From the IMG/VR virus record IMGVR_UViG_3300031951_000028: a stretch of 64,000 nucleotides of DNA. One strand, given 5' to 3'. The position numbers and the translations under genes were made by a program. Shown here piece by piece: positions 12,031-19,989 of the stretch; positions within the stretch are counted from its first letter, which is position 1; the number at the start of each line of letters is the position of its first letter. Below the pieces are notes generated by a model. It saw only the letters and a program-made list of their open reading frames with translations, did no database searches and was not told where the DNA came from. The DNA comes from a virus.

Positions 12031-12477
12031 TTATATTTTTTTCCTAAAATAATAACAAAAAGGTTGGAGGCCCCACTTTTCTTGTGGAATATACAGCTCG
12101 TAACCGCATCTGATCAGGTTATTGGCGCTAGCTATATTTTCTGGACTAACATAAGTTACAATTGTGTGGACATTTTGTAAGCGGGCAAACTTTTCTCTCG
12201 CTTTTATAAAGCGTTGTTGGAGGCCTTGACCTCTAAAATCTTTTTTAACTACTGATCTAGCAAGGAATGCCCAGCCTGGGATCCAAATACTTAAGCAGGT
12301 AGCGCCAACTAATTTATTATTGTCTGTATCGAATGCTCCCCACCAATATGCAGTACTTTTATTATTAATTTTTGAATAAGGCGCATCTAACGGTAATACT
12401 TCTAGTTCGAGCGCCAAAATGCTTTCAAGGTTCTTTTCGGAACGTGGAAGTTTTCGTATACTAATGTGAGTAGACAT
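12031..12477 (-). CDS. GNAT acetyltransferase
   Basis: V..DFRGQGL motif A; N.AS.NNL..CGY. Confidence 0.85.
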   Translation of the reverse strand: MSTHISIRKLPRSEKNLESILALELEVLPLDAPYSKINNKSTAYWWGAFDTDNNKLVGATCLSIWIPGWAFLARSVVKKDFRGQGLQQRFIKAREKFARLQNVHTIVTYVSPENIASANNLIRCGYELYIPQEKWGLQPFCYYFRKKI

Positions 12478-12657
12478 AAAAGAACTTCATAGTTAGTAAA
12501 AGTATATGATAGATATTATACACCGGGGGAAGGAAGATAGTATAATAGCGTTTGTTAGCCTTTACAACTCTATGAGTTTCTGTGAGTTTTCGCGCGCACC
12601 ACCCCCGCCTGCGGCACTATGTCGCACCCTACCGGGGGAGGGAATTAAAATGGGGTC

Positions 12658-12762
12658 GGCGGTCGGCGGTCGGCGGTCGGCGGTCGGCGGTCGGCGGTCG
12701 GCGGTCGGCGGTCGGCGGTCGGCGGTCGGCGGTCGGCGGTCGGCGGTCGGCGGTCGGCGGTC
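12658..12762. repeat. (GGCGGTC)x15 perfect heptamer tandem repeat
   Basis: 105 bp of exact 7-mer units at the AT-rich to GC-rich transition. Confidence 0.95.
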
Positions 12763-13052
12763 CAGTCTCATTTCCAAAGTGTCCAGTAAGTTTCTCAAAA
12801 CTTTTTTTCTCGCGTTTTTCCCGTAAAAAGTGGGCAAAACAAAATAAAATTTTTTTTCCTTTACTTTTGGCGGCCACAAACCGATATAATACTTCACCGG
12901 GACAGCAAACCGGCCACACGGGAAACGTGTGGTAAAGCTCTTTGAAAATCTGGCGAATAACTAACCGCGTGTAACGGTTACACGTGGTCACAATCCGGCG
13001 ACATATCGCCAGCCCGGATTGTAGACAATGGCGATAATTGGAGAGAATTATC

Positions 13053-13583
13053 ATGTCGAATAAGCAAACAACTCTGTCGAAAATCCGCGAAACCGCTGCT
13101 GATTATGCCGCTGATTTTGAGGCTTTCAAGCGGTTGATGGAAGCTCAAGCTGACTGCGTGAAAGGGTTGATAGGTGAAGACGATGGTCGTGCAAGGTGGC
13201 TGAAAATCCTTGAAAACGATTTCGACGTTGACCGATTTTCACGGATTGGGACGTTTTACAATGCTCTGTGCGGCGGGGAAGACTTCCCCGGCTGGGTTAA
13301 CTGTTATCTGGAGAAGGTGAACCCTGATTACAGGAAAGATTTCAAGGATATTATTCCTGAAGCCTTCAGCGAAGCCTTGAAGCTCTGGGTTACTGAACTT
13401 TGCAGGATTCTCCCGCAGGGAATGAAGCGGAAGAAGGATATCACAGGCAAAAAGCCCCCTCTTCCTGTGAAGTTCGGACAATATTTCAGTGCGGTGCTGA
13501 AAACCTGTGTCGAAGAATTTGGCTGGGCCGACTCAGAGGCAGCTTCTGGAGAACATATCGAAAGCGAAAAGTGGGATATCTAA
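13053..13583 (+). CDS. Hypothetical protein (GC-rich codon usage)
   Basis: GGAGAG Shine-Dalgarno before ATG 13053; terminator follows. Confidence 0.75.
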   Translation: MSNKQTTLSKIRETAADYAADFEAFKRLMEAQADCVKGLIGEDDGRARWLKILENDFDVDRFSRIGTFYNALCGGEDFPGWVNCYLEKVNPDYRKDFKDIIPEAFSEALKLWVTELCRILPQGMKRKKDITGKKPPLPVKFGQYFSAVLKTCVEEFGWADSEAASGEHIESEKWDI

Positions 13584-13602
13584 CCCACTTCGACAGCCAA
13601 CC

Positions 13603-13635
13603 AGCCCATCGGCTAACCAGCCGGTGGGCTTTTTT
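13603..13635 (+). terminator. Intrinsic terminator
   Basis: AGCCCATCGGCT-AACC-AGCCGGTGGGCT followed by TTTTT. Confidence 0.85.
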
Positions 13636-14115
13636 CGTGCCCCTCGCCCGGAGGGGCTTTCCTGGCCGCCCACAGCCGGCTGTCAGGCCCAACAAACGCT
13701 TCTAATTAGGCGGAGGCGACCTTGATGAAAGGTCTCCGCCCCGGCCGAGCGTAGCGAGGCCGCTCTTCGCTGGCGCGCGAAGCATATCGCCAGCGGTCGA
13801 GCGAAGCGAGTCCTTTCCTCTTAGTCCTAGCGCAGGCCCCTTGAGGGGCCGAGCACAGCGAAGCGGGGGGTAGGCGCAGCCCCCGAGGGGGCGAGTATGC
13901 GACCAATGTGAGCGGGGCCGCTGGCGCGCAAGCACATCGAAGCGATCGATAGATCGCGTAGATACGTGCTTGCACATCGCCAGCGCTACGCGTGAGCGAT
14001 AGCGAACACTAAGGAGATGAGCGGCAGCGAATCTCCCTAGGCCTCGTCAGAGGCCGCGTATCGCCGCGCGCGACGGCGCGCATAAGCGATACGTCTTCGC
14101 TGGCGCGGCGCGATA

Positions 14116-14155
14116 GCAAGCGGCATGCCAGGGCTTTGACTGGCATGACGTTTGC
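14116..14155. promoter_or_regulatory. Inverted pair of sigma54 -24/-12 motifs forming a hairpin (copy 1)
   Basis: Plus strand TGGCATGACGTTTGC; minus strand TGGCATGCCGCTTGCT; both GG-N10-GC. Confidence 0.55.
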
Positions 14156-14208
14156 CGCGCCATATAGCCAGCGCTTCCGAGGCTTTGCGAGGGCAGTTGA
14201 TACAAACC

Positions 14209-14469
14209 GCGCAGGCCCCTTGAGGGGCCGAGCACAGCGAAGCGGGGGGTAGGCGCAGCCCCCGAGGGGGCGAGCATGCGACTTTGGAGCGGGGGGCGCA
14301 GGCCCCTTGAGGGGCCGAGCACAGCGAAGCGGGGGGTAGGCGCAGCCCCCGAGGGGGCGAGCATGCGACTTTGGAGCGGGGGGCGCAGGCCCCTTGAGGG
14401 GCCGAGCACAGCGAAGCGGGGGGTAGGCGCAGCCCCCGAGGGGGCGAGCATGCGACTTTGGAGCGGGGG
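14209..14469. repeat. Three tandem 87-bp palindrome-containing repeats (fourth partial copy at 13830-13903)
   Basis: Units start at 14209, 14296, 14383; each has GGCCCCTTGAGGGGCC, GCGAAGC and GCCCCCGAGGGGGC. Confidence 0.95.
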
Positions 14470-14486
14470 GCTGGCGCGGCGCGATA

Positions 14487-14526
14487 GCAAGCGGCATGCC
14501 AGGGCTTTGACTGGCATGACGTTTGC
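14487..14526. promoter_or_regulatory. Inverted pair of sigma54 -24/-12 motifs forming a hairpin (copy 2)
   Basis: Identical to 14116-14155. Confidence 0.55.
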
Positions 14527-14592
14527 AGCGCCATATAGCCAGCTCGTGCGAGGTTTTGCGAGCTCAGTTTTGTTTTTTTAACGGCTAGAGAT

Positions 14593-14615
14593 AAAAAAAG
14601 GAGCCTTTCGGCTCC
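14593..14615 (-). terminator. Intrinsic terminator of the 15091-14621 gene
   Basis: Minus strand GGAGCC-GAAA-GGCTCC followed by T7. Confidence 0.8.
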
Positions 14616-14620
14616 ACGGA

Positions 14621-15091
14621 CTAGTTGAAGCAGCCGAAAGTTTCGACTAACTGCACCATCCAGCCGCTTTCCCCATAGGTTCCGATGCAGCTGATGGCGT
14701 CTTTGGTAAAGACCCATTTGCCGCCGAACTGGGCGTCAGTCCGAACTGCGATAAGGCAGCGGCGGACTGGGATGTTGTGGACGCGGAGTTCCGCGTTTAG
14801 GAACTTGTCTTTCCGCGTGATGCGAACAGCCACTGCGGCTCCGCTAGGGGCAAGAAGGGGTTGGGAGCCTGCATCAAAGGAGACCATTTGGTCAGGCTCC
14901 AGCATACAAAGCACCCTAGGAACGGCAGACGTCCACTCCTCGGCGTTTTCTTGGTCTGCAGGACCCTGACTGACGCGGAAGTCAGACTCTTTTAGGACAG
15001 TCCGGCCCGTAATCAGGGCGTCGGAGGGGATGAAGCACCCTGTTTCTTGGCGTTCCGCAGCTTCCGTAACTCTACCATTTTTCCGTTTCAT
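14621..15091 (-). CDS. Hypothetical 156-aa protein (intact arm of the inverted duplication)
   Basis: AGGAGAG SD before ATG 15091, open frame, terminator downstream. Confidence 0.55.
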   Translation of the reverse strand: MKRKNGRVTEAAERQETGCFIPSDALITGRTVLKESDFRVSQGPADQENAEEWTSAVPRVLCMLEPDQMVSFDAGSQPLLAPSGAAVAVRITRKDKFLNAELRVHNIPVRRCLIAVRTDAQFGGKWVFTKDAISCIGTYGESGWMVQLVETFGCFN

Positions 15092-15357
15092 AAGCTCTCT
15101 CCTAGCAAGTGGGTCGAGAAGTTCGACCCTTCGCGGAAAAGGCGGACGATAGAGTATGAACAATAAAAAAATGCGTGCGAGGCTTTGCGAGCACTCATCT
15201 AGACCGTTACAAGTGTAAGTGGAGAGCGGAAAAAAATGCAAAATTTAAAAAAATTTGAGCTTTGACAAATTTTTTTAGTTATCTAATCGCCACTGTGTAG
15301 TTAAATCGCAGCCTAATTTTGTATTTTTTTAGCTTGCGGCCGCTCGTAACGGGTAAG

Positions 15358-15930
15358 CCGCCTAGCGAGGGTCGAACTTCTCGACACACTTGCGACCAAA
15401 GGAGAGAGCGTAATGAAACGAGAAAAATGGCAGAGTTACGGAAGCTTGTATTGCGGAACGACAAGAAACGGGGTGATTCAGACCCGGAGACCAATGCGTT
15501 ACGGGACGGACTGTCTTAAAAGAGGATGGCTTTCGCGTCACAAAAGGGTCTGGCAGAGCAAGAAAGCGTCGAGGAGTGGGCGTTTGCCGTTTCTAGGGTG
15601 TTTTGTATGTTGGAGCCCGACCAAATGGTATCATTTGATACAGGGGCCCGACGCCTTATTGTCACTAGTGGAGACGTAGTGGTTGTTCGCGTCACGTGGA
15701 AAGGCGAGTTTTTAAACGCGGGACTACGTGTCCACAATATTCCAGTCTGCCGCTGTCTTATCGCTGTTCGGAGTGGCTCCTAGTTTGGCGGCGAATTGGT
15801 CTTTGCCGAAGACGTTATCAGTTGTATCGGAACCGCCGGGGAAAGCGGCTGGATGGTACAGTTAGTCGAAACTTTCGGCTGCTTCAACTAGTCCGTTGAG
15901 ACGAAAGGATCCTTATTTTAGCTCTGGCCG
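15358..15930 (+). pseudogene. Degenerate inverted copy of the 14582-15145 gene unit (fold-back arm)
   Basis: About 84% identity over the gap-free core, 5' frameshifts, in-frame TAG at 15781, broken terminator stem. Confidence 0.8.
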
Positions 15931-16028
15931 CTTCTTCGCTGGCGTGGTGCGGTAGCACCATATAGCCAGCGTGTGCGAGCTTTGCGAGCTCCATTTTAAT
16001 GTCACGGTTAAAGTTCGCATCTAAATGC

Positions 16029-16170
16029 TTCAGCGGCCGCAAATAGAACGGTGCGAGGCTTTGCGAGCACTCGTTCAGGCCGCAGCGGCCGTAAGCGGCC
16101 AGCGACGACCCCCTGGAGGGGGTCTAGCATCGGGGGTGTTGCGTGCCTGTAGTCCGAGGCTTTGCGAGGA
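16029..16170. repeat. ~140-bp structured element, copy 1
   Basis: Direct repeat of 23310-23455: GAACGGTGCGAGGCTTTGCGAGCACTCGTTC...GACCCCCTGGA(TA)GGGGGTCTAGCAT. Confidence 0.85.
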
Positions 16171-16291
16171 TTACAGAACAGCACGCCGCTTGGCAAGGAC
16201 GCACGCTGCAGGAACGTCAGAGAAGCGGTGAAAGACGTCCCGCAGCGTTCCTTTTGCTGCTAAAGTGCGGCCAGGGTCTCGGTTGAGACAG

Positions 16292-16322
16292 AAAAAAAGG
16301 AGAATGTTTCCACTCTCCCTTT
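16292..16322 (-). terminator. Terminator ending the minus-strand early cluster
   Basis: Minus strand GGAGAGTG-GAAA-CATTCTCC followed by T7. Confidence 0.7.
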
Positions 16323-16329
16323 ATTTTAT

Positions 16330-16488
16330 TTAATAATCTTCTGGATGAGGAACTTCTGGTCCCGTATACGCTGGATTCTTAACCCATACATCATATGGTG
16401 TTAATATCCATGGTTGTTCTTTTCTTTCTTCAGCTACATTAGCTGCGAATTCTCGCATAGCATCTTGTTCTGTAGCCATTTCATCCAT
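16330..16488 (-). CDS. Small hypothetical protein
   Basis: AGGAGAG SD before MDEMATEQ; WILTPYDVW..NP.Y.GP..PHPE C-terminus. Confidence 0.65.
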   Translation of the reverse strand: MDEMATEQDAMREFAANVAEERKEQPWILTPYDVWVKNPAYTGPEVPHPEDY

Positions 16489-16501
16489 TTTCTCTCTCCT
16501 G

Positions 16502-16729
16502 TTAATATGTTTCCTTAATGAAATCAATGATTTTATCCACACTGTAATCCCAGAAGTATCCAGTCCTTCCTTCTGGGGGATTCAGTTCTTGAATTTCAAA
16601 ATACTCCGCAGTTCGGTGCATCTTGAATTTGATTCCTTTATACTCAATATTGGCAATGTGCATATCACCATGTTCATCTGGTAATACATCTTCTACTGCC
16701 GCAATCCAAATGTTGTCGTTTTGAAACAT
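16502..16729 (-). CDS. Small hypothetical protein
   Basis: AGGAGAGAG SD; ORF track. Confidence 0.65.
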   Translation of the reverse strand: MFQNDNIWIAAVEDVLPDEHGDMHIANIEYKGIKFKMHRTAEYFEIQELNPPEGRTGYFWDYSVDKIIDFIKETY

Positions 16730-16738
16730 TTCTCTCTC

Positions 16739-16936
16739 CTATTGATAAATCTCTCTGAACTGCCTTACAAACCACGGCTCTTTAATAAGAGCAAAGATAC
16801 CAGCAATATTATAATGAAATGTCACAAGATCACCAGTTGTTTTGTGGTACATCTCTACTGGCGACTCTCCATTAAGCATAATGACTACTTCATGCCCATG
16901 CAACCAAAAACTGCAGAAGAATGTAAAATTCTCCAT
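16739..16936 (-). CDS. Small hypothetical protein
   Basis: Purine-rich SD; packed with neighbouring genes. Confidence 0.55.
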   Translation of the reverse strand: MENFTFFCSFWLHGHEVVIMLNGESPVEMYHKTTGDLVTFHYNIAGIFALIKEPWFVRQFREIYQ

Positions 16937-17166
16937 CTTTTTCTCTCTTCTATTTTATTTACCAAAACCACCCATCAAATAACCAATATACAACTTGTCC
17001 TGTTGCATATCCTGCATGAGCACTAAACAACCACATAGTTAATATGTTTATTCCTTTGTCCACTGGGCAATGTCTTGGTTTTTTCCACTCTTGTTCACTC
17101 AAATACTGAGCAAATTCAATAAACTCATCCATGAGTTTCTCCTAGTGATAAAATTGATTCTCTGCT

Positions 17167-17385
17167 TTACAGATGGACGCGCACCCGACCCAAAGCCGTG
17201 TGCAAATCTTCTACCTTCCTGATAAATTCGTCCGAACAACAGCCCGGATTTGCAAGGATTCGATTACATCGAGCTTCAAGTTCTTTCAACACACGGAAAT
17301 CCGACGCCTTATCAATTGCCGGAGGTTGGTTAATTGTTTGATTTGGACTGGCCCAACGTTGCGTTTCATTCATGTCAAACTCCAT
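17167..17385 (-). CDS. Small hypothetical protein
   Basis: ORF track; same strand as the cluster. Confidence 0.5.
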   Translation of the reverse strand: MEFDMNETQRWASPNQTINQPPAIDKASDFRVLKELEARCNRILANPGCCSDEFIRKVEDLHTALGRVRVHL

Positions 17386-17500
17386 TCATGCTAATTAAAA
17401 CCAAACACAATGTACAAAAACCGGTACTCCCAGCAGAGGAGAGATAACTGCTTAGTTTCCCGGTACAACTTAGAGGGAGAGAATCTCTTAGTTGTTAAAA

Positions 17501-17576
17501 GGTGGGTGACGGGAGTCGAACCCGCATGGATTTGATTCACAGTCAAATTTCTGAAAACCACTACAGAACACCCAAC
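17501..17576 (-). tRNA. tRNA-His(GUG), slightly atypical
   Basis: Anticodon arm TTGA-CT-GTG-AA-TCAA; T arm GCGGG-TTCGACT-CCCGT. Confidence 0.75.
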
Positions 17577-17693
17577 ATAAAAAACAGCCTTGAGTAACCA
17601 CACTCTTACTGTACGGCCTTTAATTTCACTTACAAGTAACCAGCCTTCATTCTCAAGTTGAAGCATCTTGGCATTTTTTCTCTCCTTTATGAA

Positions 17694-17777
17694 TGGTTTC
17701 AGTGGGACTTGAACCCACACGGGATAATTCCCATAGGATTTTAAATCCTAGGTGTCTGCCGATTCCACCATGAAACC
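17694..17777 (-). tRNA. tRNA-Leu(UAA)
   Basis: GGTTTCA acceptor, GGCAGACAC D arm, TAGGA-TT-TAA-AA-TCCTA, long variable arm, GGTTCAAGTCC. Confidence 0.92.
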
Positions 17778-17784
17778 AAAAAAA

Positions 17785-17961
17785 CAGTTCTACTGGGATG
17801 GGCTTCAACCATCAATAGCTTAATAGGTTGTACAATTATTAGGTACATATCCCACCGGCCTTTTAGCTCCGGATTATTTTTTAGCTATTAGTCTTTCTGA
17901 TTTAAAAACCAAGTAGACTAGATATACACTCTACTGTGTCTGCCATTTCCGCCATAAAACC
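17785..17961 (-). ncRNA. tRNA-like RNA with ~100-nt internal expansion
   Basis: 5' GGTTTTATGGCGGAAATGGCAGACAC resembles the neighbouring tRNA-Leu; 3' GATGG-TTGAAGC-CCATC T-like arm and GTAGAACT acceptor complement. Confidence 0.5.
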
Positions 17962-17967
17962 AAAAAA

Positions 17968-18118
17968 CACGCGGGTTGGTTTTACACCAACTACTCTACT
18001 ATAGAGCGGTATGGGCTATTAGTATCCATTCAGGTTTGGTTCTGGCTTATTGCTAAACACCCTAACTGCGATACGCTGCACCCGCTTCCCTAGAAGGACC
18101 TAGTCCCTTGCACGCGTG
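17968..18118 (-). ncRNA. Putative structured RNA with a tRNA-like 3' end
   Basis: CACGCG/CGCGTG terminal stem, GTTGG-TGTAAAA-CCAAC T-like arm; T-rich spacers like those between adjacent tRNAs. Confidence 0.35.
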
Positions 18119-18205
18119 GTATATTTTACTGTTCATTACGCGAAATTTATTCTATTCTCCTTTGTCAAAGTTAAACACTGCAAATTAAGTGCAGCATGGG
18201 GCTAA

Positions 18206-18278
18206 TGAGACTGGCGAGATTCGAACTCACGACCAGTAAATTAAAAGTTTACTGCTCTACCAACTGAGCTACAGTCTC
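18206..18278 (-). tRNA. tRNA-Lys(UUU)
   Basis: GAGACTG acceptor, TAGCTCAGTTGGTAGAGC, GTAAA-CT-TTT-AA-TTTAC, GTTCGAATC. Confidence 0.92.
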
Positions 18279-18545
18279 CTTTTAAATAGCCGGGAGCACC
18301 AATCGGTAACTCTCAGCTTTAAAGCAGTTTTTCACCAGCTACTAAGAGCTATGAATTACCACTGCTTTGAATGATTTAAATCAGCAGGCGGGTCCCTGAA
18401 ACCACTTTAAAACCTGCTGTTTGGGAAGCTCACTGCGTTCGCCTAGAGATAAATTGACTCATTGCTGGGCCATATCTCAGGCGGGAACACTTTTAAATAC
18501 GACCGCATGAACCCTGCGACTTCTGGCAGCGGCTCATGTATCCTA

Positions 18546-19052
18546 TTATATAACAAGGTTAGATTCAAGTGTGATTACCTCCGTGGGAATATTATGCTGT
18601 TGGCAGTACTTGAATGCTTGTGCTGTTCCCCTGCTTGTGGGATTGAATACCCATACCTTATTAACGGAGTCCATCATCCACTCATTCCGTACAAAATTTG
18701 AATGTCGTCCGTTACTGTAGATACTGTCGCAGATGTATTGCGTGTCAGTCGATTGATTCACCAATTCTTGGAACTCTATCATCCGATTTCGTCCAGTTTG
18801 TGAAGTCTGACCCCAGTAATACTCGCCATACCCTGCATTTGGGATGGCTGCACACCAGTCAGTTCTGGTTAGAATGGCTGCTTTTGCCAATGCTTCATCA
18901 AATCCCTCTGCCATCCCGCTGATGACGTAATCCACACGGTCCGAAATGATTTTTCGTGTAAGCAGTTCAATCATTTCCGCCATGATGGCTGGTTTGGTTA
19001 CTAACGACCGACTTCCTGCTCCCGCAATCATATTGTTGTAAACGCAGTTCAT
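18546..19052 (-). CDS. SLOG/YspA (DUF1273-like) nucleotide-binding protein
   Basis: IAGAGSR, ISGMAEGFD, RNEWMMD, SRGT motifs. Confidence 0.75.
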   Translation of the reverse strand: MNCVYNNMIAGAGSRSLVTKPAIMAEMIELLTRKIISDRVDYVISGMAEGFDEALAKAAILTRTDWCAAIPNAGYGEYYWGQTSQTGRNRMIEFQELVNQSTDTQYICDSIYSNGRHSNFVRNEWMMDSVNKVWVFNPTSRGTAQAFKYCQQHNIPTEVITLESNLVI

Positions 19053-19090
19053 GTCACTCTCCTATTGTTGTGATAAGCCCACAAGACACA

Positions 19091-19264
19091 TCAAGCATTT
19101 TGAATATCTTCTTGAATATCTTGTAACCGTTCTGCCCAATCAATGGCTTCTTGAAGATTCGCAAACTCGTCAAAAATCTCATCATCAGTCATGGTCTCAA
19201 TGATCCAATGGCCACCTTCATCATAATTTGCCATTGCCCAATCTTTAATTTCTTGTACTTTCAT
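19091..19264 (-). CDS. Small hypothetical protein
   Basis: AGGAGAG SD before MKVQEIKDWAMANYDEGGHWIIET. Confidence 0.6.
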   Translation of the reverse strand: MKVQEIKDWAMANYDEGGHWIIETMTDDEIFDEFANLQEAIDWAERLQDIQEDIQNA

Positions 19265-19287
19265 CTTTTCTCTCCTTGTATTGTTTA

Positions 19288-19524
19288 TCACCAACCAACC
19301 CACCACTTATTATTAGATTCTTGCACTCCAAACCCTCTCTTTTTTAATTCTTCAATAGTTTGTGTATATGTTGATAAATCAATATAGATTCCTCTCATAC
19401 CTTCTTCAGCAGCTTCTTTGATTTTTTGAATTACTTCTTGGAGTTCTTCATGTACAATTTTTAATTTTACTTCATACGCAGTTTTTCTTGCTTGATTTAC
19501 ATCATATTCGATTGTCATATCCAA
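19288..19524 (-). CDS. Small hypothetical protein
   Basis: ORF track; SD AGGAG. Confidence 0.5.
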   Translation of the reverse strand: MDMTIEYDVNQARKTAYEVKLKIVHEELQEVIQKIKEAAEEGMRGIYIDLSTYTQTIEELKKRGFGVQESNNKWWVGW

Positions 19525-19544
19525 CTCCTGCTAATTAAATCCAG

Positions 19545-19618
19545 TAGGGCCGCCCAGACTCGAACTGGGAACCTAAAAATTATGAGTTTTTTGCTCTAAC
19601 CGATTGAGCTACGGCCCC
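19545..19618 (-). tRNA. tRNA(CAU), probably Ile2 (lysidine type)
   Basis: GGGGCCG acceptor, TAGCTCAATCGGTTAGAGC, AAAAA-CT-CAT-AA-TTTTT; lacks the initiator GGG/CCC anticodon stem. Confidence 0.85.
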
Positions 19619-19989
19619 ATTATTAATATACCCTAAGTCATCTTATTTCTGTCTAACAATTCCTGAATTTCCTGAGTTCTTTTCTTATTGGCCACTATCC
19701 AGACTGTTTTACCCCTGATAAATATTTTTCTCTCTTTTACGGGGTTTTTGAGCTTTTCGAAAAAATTTTGGACTTTTTTGACAATTTTGAGATTTTTCAT
19801 GCTTAAAAAGTGGTGTAAGTCACTACAATATATCGTTAACGTTCTTAGGACGAACGCTAACGCTGCTTTCAAGTCTTTATCGGTCCGCTTGAGAAACACC
19901 GAATTGAGACGGTTGTTAAAACAACACTTACATTTATCACCTGTAAGTATTCTACGTCTTTAAAGAACGTTATCAGTCTTTAGCGAACG

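Noticed and set aside
12506-13054. Four overlapping ORFs with RRSAVGG/RRPPTAD repeats
   Set aside because: They arise from the stop-free 7-mer repeat in all frames; no SD or coding signal.
14209-14469. Possible CRISPR array
   Set aside because: Units are identical end to end with no unique spacers; no cas genes in the window.
13702-14717. Several overlapping ORFs in the GC-rich repeat zone
   Set aside because: GC-rich palindromic repeats lack stop codons; structure explains the sequence better than coding.
15262-15290. TTGACA sigma70 promoter
   Set aside because: No -10 element at 16-18 bp spacing; the hexamer is part of an AGCTTTGA-loop hairpin.
15781-15783. TAG read-through or recoding in the plus-strand copy
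   Set aside because: The copy also has frameshifts and codon-position-neutral substitutions, so it is not a maintained CDS.
14582-15930. Diversity-generating retroelement TR/VR pair
   Set aside because: Differences are not restricted to adenines (C>T dominates) and no reverse transcriptase is visible in the window.
17391-17720. 109-aa minus-strand ORF
   Set aside because: It overlaps tRNA-His and tRNA-Leu; probably spurious.
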